Positions 27,985 through 39,771 of a stretch of DNA of 64,000 bases are shown piece after piece. Under the pieces are notes generated by a model. That model had not been told where the DNA came from and did no database searches. It worked only from the letters and a program-made list of their open reading frames with translations. Made by a program: the position numbers and the translations under genes. The DNA comes from Octopus vulgaris (Eukaryota): positions 29,512,001-29,576,000 of the forward strand of contig OX597816.1 in the NCBI GenBank assembly GCA_951406725.2, written 5' to 3'. Every line of letters starts with the position of its first letter. Within the stretch, counting starts at the first letter, position 1.

Positions 27985-28200
27985 AAGGCGATTAGCTGGC
28001 TGAATCGAAAGCACACCGGGCGAAATTCATAGAAGTATTTCATCCGTTTTTATGTTCTCCGTTCAAAAAGTGCCAGGACTACTTTGCCTTTCATTCTTTC
28101 GGGTTCGATAACACAAGTAGCATCTGAGTGCTGGTGTCGATGTGATATACTTAAGCCTTCTCCCAAAATGTTTAGCTTTATAACAAAATATGAATCAATT
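27985..28200 (+). mobile_element. Degraded SINE family B copy
   Basis: aaggcgattagctggc...gactactttgcctttcattctttcgggttcgata matches family B. Confidence 0.65.
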
Positions 28201-28530
28201 ATTACAGTAAACGATCCATTTCTCACCTCAAATCCTTATCCTGTTTAGGAAATGGTGCTTGGATCGCACATAAATAAAGTGATTGACCGCTCAAGCATTT
28301 CTTGGTTATTTGCTGCTTGTTTTCGTATTCATTCGCTACTTTCGTCCAAGGAGTCTAATGCTCTTAGCTCAGTGTTTCCTTGGGGCTGACCATATTGCAG
28401 TAATCTCGAGTATAACCAGCTGAAATTGCAAAGATAATCTGGAACTTGACTGAGGGAAGAAAACTCCAAATGACCCATCCTTGTTTTCTTTGTATCGTCT
28501 ATCTGTATGCTTTGCGTTCTTGTCCCAATT

Positions 28531-28601
<71 letters not shown>

Positions 28602-28723
28602 TCACAATCAAGGAACGGCCATAATAGGCCATTCACCCACTAGAAATAACAGCCAAAAGCTTCAACCGCAAAATAACATCAATTCCGTAAACCAGGAGAA
28701 AATTAAAAAACATTTACCCTGTA

Positions 28724-28830
28724 ATTTCTTATACGATGCACCGTTTCGTCTACTGTTTAATGGTAAACTAACGTGATTAAATTAAATCAAGCCAATCTAC
28801 CATAGGCCCTTAGATTCATCAGTAAGAAAT
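28724..28830 (-). ncRNA. Type I hammerhead ribozyme, array copy 1
   Basis: Minus strand: atttctta-CTGATGA-atcta...tagac-GAAA-cggtgcatcg-TA-taagaaat. Perfect 8-bp stem I, near-palindromic stem III, GUA triplet. Confidence 0.88.
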
Positions 28831-29214
28831 AGCCAAGTCGGAACAGATATTTTTCACGAGGCATTCTCGTCCCTGCCTCGTCTATATCTGACCTAAAATT
28901 TTCAAATCGTCGCACTCGCGCCAAATTTATCGGCAGCAAATAAATATAAGCCGCCGATTCCATTACGGAATTAACCAGAAAATTCATAATTAATCAATAT
29001 AGGGTGGCAAAAAAATTTTGTAGAATTCTTTTGCCACCAGCGGCCTAGTGGGAAAAAATTTAAATAGTCATAAACCATTTTTAAGTTCAACATCACAATC
29101 AAGGAACGGCCATAATAGGCCATTCACCCACTAGAAATAACAGCCAAAAGCTTCAACCGCAAAATAACATCAATTCCGTAAACCAGGAGAAAATTAAAAA
29201 ACATTTACCCTGTA

Positions 29215-29321
29215 ATTTCTTATACGATGCACCGTTTCGTCTACTGTTTAATGGTAAACTAACCTGATTAAATTAAATCAAGCCAATCTACCATAGGCCC
29301 TTAGATTCATCAGTAAGAAAT
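29215..29321 (-). ncRNA. Type I hammerhead ribozyme, array copy 2
   Basis: Same core and stems as copy 1. Confidence 0.88.
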
Positions 29322-29702
29322 AGCCAAGTCGGAACAGATATTTTTCACGAGGCATTCTCGTCCCTGCCTCGTCTATATCTGACCTAAAATTTTCAAATCG
29401 TCGCACTCGCGCCAAATTTATCGGCAGCAAATAAATATAAGCCGCCGATTCCATTACGGAATTAACCAGAAAATTCATAATTAATCAATATAGGGTGGCA
29501 AAAATTTTGTAGAATTCTTTTGCCACCAGCGGCTAGTGGGAAAAAATTTAAATAGTCATAAACCATTTTTAAGTTCAACATCACAATCAAGGAACGGCCA
29601 TAATAGGCCATTCACCCACTAGAAATAACAGCCAAAAGCTTCAACCGCAAAATAACATCAATTCCGTAAACCAGGAGAAAATTAAAAAACATTTACCCTG
29701 TA

Positions 29703-29809
29703 ATTTCTTATACGATGCACCGTTTCGTCTACTGTTTAATGGTAAACTAACCTGATTAAATTAAATCAAGCCAATCTACCATAGGCCCTTAGATTCATCA
29801 GTAAGAAAT
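29703..29809 (-). ncRNA. Type I hammerhead ribozyme, array copy 3
   Basis: Same core and stems as copy 1. Confidence 0.88.
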
Positions 29810-30194
29810 AGCCAAGTCGGAACAGATATTTTTCACGAGGCATTCTCGTCCCTGCCTCGTCTATATCTGACCTAAAATTTTCAAATCGTCGCACTCGCGC
29901 CAAATTTATCGGCAGCAAATAAATATAAGCCGCCGATTCCATTACGGAATTAACCAGAAAATTCATAATTAATCAATATAGGGTGGCAAAAAAAATTTTG
30001 TAGAATTCTTTTGCCACCAGCGGCCTAGTGGGAAAAAATTTAAATAGTCATAAACCATTTTTAAGTTCAACATCACAATCAAGGAACGGCCATAATAGGC
30101 CATTCACCCACTAGAAATAACAGCCAAAAGCTTCAACCGCAAAATAACATCAATTCCGTAAACCAGGAGAAAATTAAAAAACATTTACCCTGTA

Positions 30195-30301
30195 ATTTCT
30201 TATACGATGCACCGTTTCGTCTACTGTTTAATGGTAAACTAACCTGATTAAATTAAATCAAGCCAATCTACCATAGGCCCTTAGATTCATCAGTAAGAAA
30301 T
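30195..30301 (-). ncRNA. Type I hammerhead ribozyme, array copy 4
   Basis: Same core and stems as copy 1. Confidence 0.88.
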
Positions 30302-30466
30302 AGCCAAGTCGGAACAGATATTTTTCACGATGCATTCTCGTCCCTGCCTCGTCTATATCTGACCTAAAATTTTCAAATCGTCGCACTCGCGCCAAATTTA
30401 TCGGCAGCAAATAAATATAAGCCGCCGATTCCATTACGGAATTAACCAGAAAATTCATAATTAATC

Positions 30467-30963
30467 AATAGTCGGTAAATCAATCAACTGGTTGTGTTTT
30501 TAAAAGTCCGGTTGTCGTCATTTGCGACCTCTTCAGAGAGAAAAACTCTTTCTTCCCAAATTAGCTTCACGTCTGTGTGGGCTCTTGTATAAATTTGAGG
30601 TATGAGCATGTATATGAGAAGAGGAAGGAGAAACAAAGAGGAAGTGTGTTTGTGCGTGTGTTTGTGTGTGAGTGCGCACTCTTACGTGAGTGCGTTGTGG
30701 TGTGTATGATTCTGAGTATGAGTGAATGCATGTTTATGTGGTGTAGCTGTTTCTTTGCGAATAGATGCGCTAAAGCGAATGTTTGTGTGTATATCTACGT
30801 ATGTTGTGTTTCTATGTGTGCTGCATCCATTTGGATATTTCCTTCTATTATTTACCTATCAGTCCTGACTTTTTGACAGCACAGTGTGTACCTGTGTTGG
30901 CATCATTGCCTGTCTGAACGTAATTCGGTTCTAACCATTCTATAAACCCATGCATATAAACAC
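30467..30963 (+). repeat. ~497-bp direct duplicate of 32903-33387
   Basis: Near-identical (one visible substitution and a 12-bp indel in the GT tract). Duplicate ORFs at 30577 and 33013. Confidence 0.95.
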
Positions 30964-30989
30964 CCTATATTGCCACACTATATTGATTA

Positions 30990-31096
<107 letters not shown>

Positions 31097-31104
31097 TTAT
31101 TATA

Positions 31105-31510
31105 GGCGCAGGAGTGGCTGTGTGGTAAGTAGCTTGTTAACCAACCACATGGTTCTGGGTTCAGTCCCACTGCATGGCACCTTGGGCAAGTGTCTTCTAC
31201 TATAGCCTCGGGCCGACCAATGCTTTGTGAGTGGATTTGGTGGGCGGAAACTGAAAGAAGCCCGTCGTATATATGTATATATATATATGCGTGTGTGTGT
31301 TTGTGTGTCTGTGTTTGTCCCCCTAGCATTCCTTGACAACCGATGCTGGTGTGTTTATGTCCCTGTTACTTAGCGGTTCGGCAAAAGAGACCGATAGAAT
31401 AAGTACTGGGCTTACAAAAGAATAAATCTCGGGGTCGAGTTGCTCAATTAAAGTCGGTGCTCCAGCATGGCCGCAGTCAAATGACTGAAACGAGTAAAAG
31501 AGTAAAAGAG
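31105..31510 (+). mobile_element. SINE family A, full length
   Basis: A box, B box, internal microsatellite and gagtaaaa tail. Confidence 0.95.
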
Positions 31511-32902
31511 TATATATTATATATTATATAATTTATGTGTGTGTGTGTATGTATGTATATATGTATATATGCATAAGCATGTGTATGCGTGTGTGTATCT
31601 ATATATTTATGTATTTTTGTGTGTATGAACGGTTCCTAGGTGTGCTTGAGTGACTTTTGTGTTATTTACACATTTTCGGCTCTACATTTAGAGTGTTAAT
31701 GCAAAGTCCAGATCAGCGTGCTTATAATCGAATGCCTGAACATCGGAATGTTGTTTTTCAGTAATTGCTTTTATGTACACATTTTATATGTATGAATATC
31801 TCCACGGAATAACGTTGTTTTTGTACCGATATTAAACCGTTTCGGTAAATTATTGGAAAAATCATTTCCGAATATCGCTGGTGTCACGCTTTCAAATATT
31901 ATTACATAGGTAACACTTTGATGCGTAATTAGTTTTGCAATAAATTAAACGAAATTTTACAGTATAAATATTGTGACAAATGATACTTTTGAAAATATAA
32001 TTTAATTTGAAAATTAAACATTCGTAGCATTAGAGGCACTAATTACAAATATATCATCTAATTAATACCTACAGGACTTCTTACTTCATAGTAACAGACC
32101 CAAGCGGCACCGCACGGTTTTGACAGTGGTTGTTGTTATTGCTTACTGATCTACAGTTGAAAGTCAGAAATTCATTAGTGACCATCACGTCTGTCATTAT
32201 CATATTATGTACGTAGATCCACATTATTCAATATACACATTCGTTTTTAACATGATAAAATTTGAATGAGATTACTTTCTGTATTATAACAGCTTCGGCA
32301 ACCACTCAGAACCTTACTTGTCAGTTTGTAGATGTTTGGCATGTAGAGGTGCACAATTGCTATTGTCGAGTATATCTTTGCTTATCAGTATTGTGCAAAT
32401 TTCCAATGAGTTTGTGTTTCAACTATTTCTCGCTGTGAAAATTTTTATTATCAACTTGAGAGGAATCTGCTCTTGTCCCCGAATGCAAACCAGTACATTC
32501 TACATTTATCTGGCAGCCAGTTGTATGAGATTTATCAGCTGGATATTTCGTTTCCATTAGCATTTACAGAACATATTCTTCGTCACTATGAACGGTTTCC
32601 TCTGACACATGTGGACTAATAATGTGTTAATTACTCTCCAAGTGCCCTCTTTTAACGGTAATTTTTTTCCCTCTACCACCAACCAATTACCTATTATTGA
32701 AATTCCAGCTGTGTCTTTTTCATATATTTTGTATGAGGGATTGATGTATTAAAACTAATTTTATATTATCGGATTTAAAACAAAAAATTCTCCAACCACT
32801 TGAAGTATTTAAGATTTGTTCCTGATTTGTTTTCAAACTTTCTAGTCTAATGTAGTTTTGCATGCTGATGACGAAATTTACATTTTATTTTTCATAGAAA
32901 TT

Positions 32903-33387
32903 AATAGTCGGTAAATCAATCAACTGGTTGTGTTTTTAAATGTCCGGTTGTCGTCATTTGCGACCTCTTCAGAGAGAAAAACTCTTTCTTCCCAAATTAG
33001 CTTCACGTCTGTGTGGGCTCTTGTATAAATTTGAGGTATGAGCATGTATATGAGAAGAGGAAGGAGAAACAAAGAGGAAGTGTGTTTGTGTGTGAGTGCG
33101 CACTCTTACGTGAGTGCGTTGTGGTGTGTATGATTCTGAGTATGAGTGAATGCATGTTTATGTGGTGTAGCTGTTTCTTTGCGAATAGATGCGCTAAAGC
33201 GAATGTTTGTGTGTATATCTACGTATGTTGTGTTTCTATGTGTGCTGCATCCATTTGGATATTTCCTTCTATTATTTACCTATCAGTCCTGACTTTTTGA
33301 CAGCACAGTGTGTACCTGTGTTGGCATCATTGCCTGTCTGAACGTAATTCGGTTCTAACCATTCTATAAACCCATGCATATAAACAC
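32903..33387 (+). repeat. Partner (probable donor) of the 30467-30963 duplication
   Basis: Runs aatagtcggtaaatcaatc...catgcatataaacac, as in the first copy. Confidence 0.95.
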
Positions 33388-33517
33388 ACCATCCAGTCAT
33401 AAAACCACAACCAACAGATAAATAATACGAAGAATTGAACATTTTTATCGCCCACACGCATGAACGCGCGTGCCTATAAACATGAATACGCATTCATAGA
33501 CACAGGTATACATACGC

Positions 33518-33923
33518 TTTACTCTTTACTCTTTTATTTGTTTCATTCATTTGACTGCGGCCATGCTGGAGCACCGCCTTTAGTCGAGCAAATCGACCCC
33601 AGGACTTATTCTTTGTAAGCCCCAGTACTTATTCTATCGCTCTCTTTTTGCCGAACCGCTAAGTTACGGGGACGTAAACACACCAGCATCGGTTGTCAAG
33701 CAATGCTAGGGGGACAAACACAGACACACAAACACACACACATATATATATACATATATACGGCAGGCTTCTTTCAGTTTCCGTCTACCAAATCCACTCA
33801 CAAGGCATTGGTCGGCCCGGGGCTATAGCAGAAGACACTTGCCCAAGATGCCACGCAGTGGGACTGAACCCTGAACCATGTGGTTGGTTAGCAAGCTACT
33901 TACCACACAGCCACTCCTGCGCC
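33518..33923 (-). mobile_element. SINE family A, full length
   Basis: Reverse complement of the 31105-31510 type. Confidence 0.95.
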
Positions 33924-34159
33924 TATGCATGCAGACGTATAAATAAGCACAACTCTCAAAATGAACGTACTCGCATAGATAGCTACATCACAGAAAGAGG
34001 TTTCCTCACGCAACCACACACAAACACGCGCGGGCATACACGCACACACGCCAGAACGTACACACACTGACTCAAACGCTCACCTTCCTTTCTCTATTTC
34101 ATTCTCACTTCCCCTCTTACATACACTACCACGCACTTCCATACATCTACATAAATATT

Positions 34160-34556
34160 CTTTTCTGCTCTAGGTACAAGTCCCGAAATTTTAGAGGAGA
34201 AGGTCAGTCGAATAGATCGATCCAGTACGCAGCTGGTACTTAATTTATTAACCCCGAAAGGATGAAAAGCAAAGTCGACTTTGGCGGAATTTGAACTCAG
34301 AACGTAAAGACAGACGAAATAACTATTTCTTTACTACCCGCAAGAGGCTAAACACAGAGAGGACAAACAAGGAAAGACAAACGGATTAAGTCGATTACAT
34401 CGACCCCAGTGCGTAGCTGGTACTTAAATTATCGCCCCCGAAAGGATGAAAGGCAAAGTCGACCTTGGCGGAATTTGAACTCAGAACGTAGCGGCAGACG
34501 AAATACCGCTAAGCTGTTTGCCCGGTGCGCTAACGTTTCTGCCAGCTCGGCGCCTT
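34160..34556 (-). mobile_element. SINE family B, full length with internally duplicated core
   Basis: Minus head aaggcgccgagctggcagaaacgttagc with a B-box-like gagttcaaattcc. The core is present twice. Reverse complement of 49394-49783. Confidence 0.9.
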
Positions 34557-35758
34557 ACGACCAGATAAATATTGAACTTTAACTGAAAGATAAATGATCC
34601 GGTTTAGAGATCATATGTCATGCCATTTTCAAACGTTACGAATGTCGATAAGAGGACTTTGACAAATATAGTTGACAGATTGATAAAAAAAAGATTAATC
34701 AATTAATCAATTAGCTAAGTAATTAACCAATTGACAAATTGCACTTGAACTAGTGCATAAGTTAATTATTGGTATAATGACACCCTTAAGATTATTTATG
34801 CATGGCTTGTTCCAATTCGACCTTGATTAAAAAGAGACATGAGCATATGTTATCCCGGGCAACATTATCTGATGTATCTTTAACGTTTTAAAAGGTTGTA
34901 AGATATGATTTGAGGGATATATGGGAGCTGTTTTTAGATGATTATGGACCGCGTACAGGCAGCGGTTACTTGCAACCGAGATGTCTCGGAATGGGTATAC
35001 AAGAGCCAAGTTCCAGTGTTAAACTAGATTTTTGATTATGACCAGGCAATATTAAATATAATCCACTCGGCTAATTTCTACACAGGTTCCGTTGCCAAAG
35101 TGTCTCTCATGAAGCCTCGTGTTAACTCGAGCCTGTATTGCCCGACAGATGCCCAAGGTATTACATACAGAGTAGAGAGTGACGTTGAATTATATTATTG
35201 CTTAATTTCTTTCACTACTATTTGGTTGTACCTACCAACTGTGCCAAATAAATGAAAAGGAGAAGGATGAGATAGAGGAAGGCGAGTTTTAAGAACCAGA
35301 AACATAAGGATGTTGACGTCATGCATTACATCGACTGCGTTTCTTTTGTCTTAAATCTCGATATGCATGAAGCCGTCTTTACTTCTATCTGGTTAAAATT
35401 CCCTGGCATATTAGGCGTGTGAAGTGAAATCAATCATCTCTTTTGGACTCTTAAAATGATCATAAATTTGTAAAGACAAGAAATTAGAATGCTAAAAGAA
35501 CGACAGAATCTCTCGGTCTTTATATTTTCGAACAGAGAGACCAGCACCCCCATCCAGCACAAAGCAGCATCCGTGGACCAGTTTCTGATAAAGGGTAATA
35601 ACATATGTGTCATATAGGCAGTTGGAAACGGTGTTTCCTGGGACTGAAGAATAATAACGTTTGTCCCATCCAGGACAGCCACATTATGCTTCCAAATAGT
35701 CTTTACTTTAAAGAACTATTACTAAATATCTCTCTTAGAGCGATTTAGAAATAATAAT

Positions 35759-36253
<495 letters not shown>

Positions 36254-36265
36254 TATATATATATA

Positions 36266-36312
<47 letters not shown>

Positions 36313-36399
36313 GCATACAACGGGCGACTGCTATTAATCTACTAAGAATATAGACATTCGATACTCTATTATTATTAATCATTATTTATTTACACAATT

Positions 36400-36830
36400 A
36401 AGGCGATGAACAGTCCGAGTAAAACGCTTCAAGTCATTTCGTTCGCCTCTGTGTTTTGAGTTAAATTTCCACCAAGGTCGAATTTGCCGGTCATTATTTC
36501 GGGGTCGATCAAATAAATACCAGTCGAGGCCCAGTTTTCGATCTAATCAGTAAGTCACCTCCGCCAAAATTTCAAGCATTCTGCCTATAGTAAAAGTGTA
36601 TGATTTATTTATAGGTTTAAGGCGGTGATCTGGCAGAATCGTTAGCATGCTGAGAAAAATGCTTAGCAACATTCTTCAAGTTCTGAGTTCAATTTCTAGC
36701 TGAGTGGACATAGTGTTTCATCCTTTTGGGGGTCAATAAAATAAAAGTCAGCTGTTTACTGGGCTCGATGTAATCGAATTTCCTCACCCCAACATTTCTG
36801 ACCTTGTACTAAAATCAGAAATCAGTATTT
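36400..36830 (+). mobile_element. Two adjacent degraded SINE family B copies
   Basis: aaggcg heads at ~36400 and ~36619, each followed by the B core. Confidence 0.65.
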
Positions 36831-38041
36831 ATAAATTCATTTGCATTTGATGGTCTTAAACTTGAGACATTTTCAAATGTCTCACCACTTTCAATGCAAC
36901 TGCAACGAATATGTTTTATTTCTTATTTCATTATTTTCATCCTGATACCCAATATATAACACAATGAAGGTCAGACAAGTGTTAATACCGATGGTACAGC
37001 ACACCTGTAATAGGGCGTATTAAGAAGCAAACTTTAAAAAATACAGTGTTGTATTTCACAATACCTAAACTTGTCTAACAGCAATGTGTAAGTTAAGAAT
37101 CCTAACTGAATCTTCAATAAGTATTAAAATACTATCGATTAGTGTTAAGGAAAAAAATTCACTATAGACGACTTTTTTTTTCTTCAAAAGTCCTCGACAG
37201 AATGAGTCTCTAAACACAATGGCTCTACAGGATTAGAAATATTCCATTTAAAATTGTACGTGCAAGCTACAATATTATGATGTAGTTTACAAATACAAAT
37301 TGGTATTTCGAGCCTGATCGATATTTTCTCATTCACGTTCATTGCAACGGTTTATTGATATGTGATAGGGATAAAGAAAATATATTTAAAAAAAAGCAAT
37401 TACAGTGAAATAAAAATATCGTTGCCATTAAATCTTTAACGGGAAAGATCTTTTTTTGTTATGTAATTTTTTTTAAAGAATATTGATTAATATCGATTTT
37501 TTCCTAGTGGCATCCAATCTGCTCTATCTAGTTAATAAAACTTCGCACGTTATTTTATTTGAAATTCCTTCTTTTAATCAATTGCCATTACCCATGTTAT
37601 ATATATTTAAGAAATATGTACAACAAAGTCGTCCATTAGATAATACATCTATTACCACATAACTTCCTATAACAGCTATTAGTGAAAATTTCAAAAAGGA
37701 TTTATAAATACCGCAACACGCACAGCGGTAGTTCCTGGAAACCCAGAACTATAATTCAAATTTGACTGCAACTTACAAAACGCCTCCACTATTCCTGCAC
37801 ATAACTCGCGAAATATCCATGTATGCATACGCAACAAAGACGCTCGTTATTTTTTCTCTCCTTTTCTCTGTATATATATATATATATATATACAAAAAGC
37901 AATAAAGATTCAAGTTAATTTAAATGAATTTACTTGAATATGGTACCTAACTTAGATGCACCAAAAAAAACTATACTGATTTAACAATACAGTAATGTGG
38001 GGTGATTATAAGCGAGAATGAAGCAACAAGAATGGATAGGT

Positions 38042-38132
38042 TTTTAGTACAATCGTTTCATACAAGGACAGGTTTTATTAAAAGTTGCAAAAATTACAGC
38101 ATATAAACGTGTCCCGTACTCATCAGCTAAAA
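38042..38132 (-). ncRNA. Type I hammerhead ribozyme (left arm)
   Basis: Mirror image of 38333-38423. Confidence 0.8.
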
Positions 38133-38332
38133 TACATGTGAGTTCTCTAGACATCCTAGTGGTTGAGGCTATACTCATGAAGTAATGTAGATAATTAAGT
38201 AACATAAACAGATTTCAAAAGTTCATTAAAGAACTTTAATGAACTTTTGAAATCTGTTTATGTTACTTAATTATCTACATTACTTCATGAGTATAGCCTC
38301 AACCACTAGGATGTCTAGAGAACTCACATGTA

Positions 38333-38423
38333 TTTTAGCTGATGAGTACGGGACACGTTTATATGCTGTAATTTTTGCAACTTTTAATAAAACCTGTCCT
38401 TGTATGAAACGATTGTACTAAAA
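38333..38423 (+). ncRNA. Type I hammerhead ribozyme (right arm)
   Basis: ttttag-CTGATGA-gtacgggaca...tgtccttgtat-GAAA-cgattg-TA-ctaaaa: 6-bp stem I, long stem II, minimal stem III, GUA triplet. Confidence 0.82.
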
Positions 38424-38453
38424 ACCTATCCATTCTTGTTGCTTCATTCTCGC

Positions 38454-38490
<37 letters not shown>

Positions 38491-38493
<3 letters not shown>

Positions 38494-39049
38494 GAGCAGA
38501 GATACCTGGCGTTGCCCGTGTCACATGGAATTGAAGATTTAGACTTTTATATTTTCGCTAAAGAAATGGAATACCTATGATTCGAATTTCATCAAAATAG
38601 GAGATTAATAATTTTAGTGAGGGCTCTTTCGCTCTTTACGCCCCCTAACAAATCTTCTAATCATGATATATTTATCCCATACTATTCATATTTATGCACA
38701 GATTCCAAAATGAAAATCTTAGAAAATCTATTCAAAGGTTTTTGTTCCTGAAAAATGGAGCACATAGTGCACACAGAGTTCTAAAATGTGAGAATTAAAG
38801 CCCCTAGAGAGGGTTCTTAAAGTCAGCCAAAAAGGGTGAATTGCTGGGAATCTTTTTTAACTTGCTTGTGACCTATGTCCATTGTTCATTTTTTTTTTTT
38901 TGAAATCGGAAATATGTGAATGTTCACTGCGTTTGTAAAAGAGAGCAAAGCCAAAGGAAAAGGAAAAATGAAAAAAATGAGAAAAATAAAGGGAAAAGGT
39001 GAAGAAAACTTACAGCGACAGCTGCTCTTCTCAGTTTGTGTGACGTTCC

Positions 39050-39050
<1 letters not shown>
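38491..39050 (-). mobile_element. Diverged Helitron-like element
   Basis: acgagcagagatacctggcgttgcccgtg resembles the shared hairpin/CTAG terminus. The far boundary is uncertain. Confidence 0.45.
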
Positions 39051-39109
<59 letters not shown>

Positions 39110-39627
39110 GAGTGAGAGAACCGTGCATGCCATCAAAATGACACTGGGTTAAATATACGAAGCCCAGTATACCTATCATGACTACCCATCTGTTAAGGGT
39201 ACACAAGGCACATGCATCACAACCATATGTGTGCGACATGGTGATTTCATATGGGGGGGACCCAGTTAGAATTTTTTTCTGGTCCAGTAACCCATCCTGC
39301 TCAAAGGTCCCTGAATAAGGATGTTGAACGAACCACCCATGTTTCAGAGGTGAATTATTCAAACCACAAAGAATCCCTCTCAACACATGGCTATGATGCT
39401 CCCCCACTACTTTTGCTCGTGATCAGAGATGCACATATCGTCAGCCAATAAGGGACATGGTCAACTGGTTACGGTCAAACAAATGACGAGCAAATCTGTG
39501 GTATTGAGCAGAATATTTGCTGTAGCCCATCTTTTATACCAAGACAAAACAATGTACATGATATCACTTCCAATCAGCTAAGATCAGAATCCATGTGAGC
39601 CACTGCCTGGTACTGCATCAGGGCATA
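39110..39627. mobile_element. Non-coding element inserted in a (TAT)n microsatellite
   Basis: ~520 bp of higher-complexity sequence flanked on both sides by (TAT)n/(CAT)n. Confidence 0.55.
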
Positions 39628-39649
39628 TATTATTATTAATATTATTATT

Positions 39650-39709
<60 letters not shown>

Positions 39710-39710
39710 G

Positions 39711-39771
<61 letters not shown>

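Larger units (their letters stand above)
28600..30470 (-). mobile_element. Tandem array of 3.8 near-identical ~491-bp HHR-containing units (retrozyme-like)
   Basis: Units start at 28600, 29091, 29579 and 30071 (periods 491, 488, 492). Differences are mostly homopolymer lengths. Begins directly after (TA)n. Confidence 0.92.
38012..38453. repeat. Perfect inverted repeat (220-bp arms, 2-nt spacer) within a (TA)n-embedded element 37893-38453
   Basis: 38012-38231 is the reverse complement of 38234-38453; centre attaaag-aa-ctttaat. Confidence 0.95.

Noticed and set aside
28600-30470. CRISPR array or tandem gene cluster
   Set aside because: Whole units are identical with no variable spacers, the context is eukaryotic, and the repeated 66-aa ORF overlaps the ribozyme.
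30505-30540. Minus-strand CTGAAGA-ggtc...gac-gacaaccggac (also in the 32903 copy)
   Set aside because: GAAA, cleavage triplet and stem I are disrupted; at most a relic, so not called.
32865-32876. CTGATGACGAAA resembling a hammerhead core
   Set aside because: No stem II between the boxes and no stem I or III.
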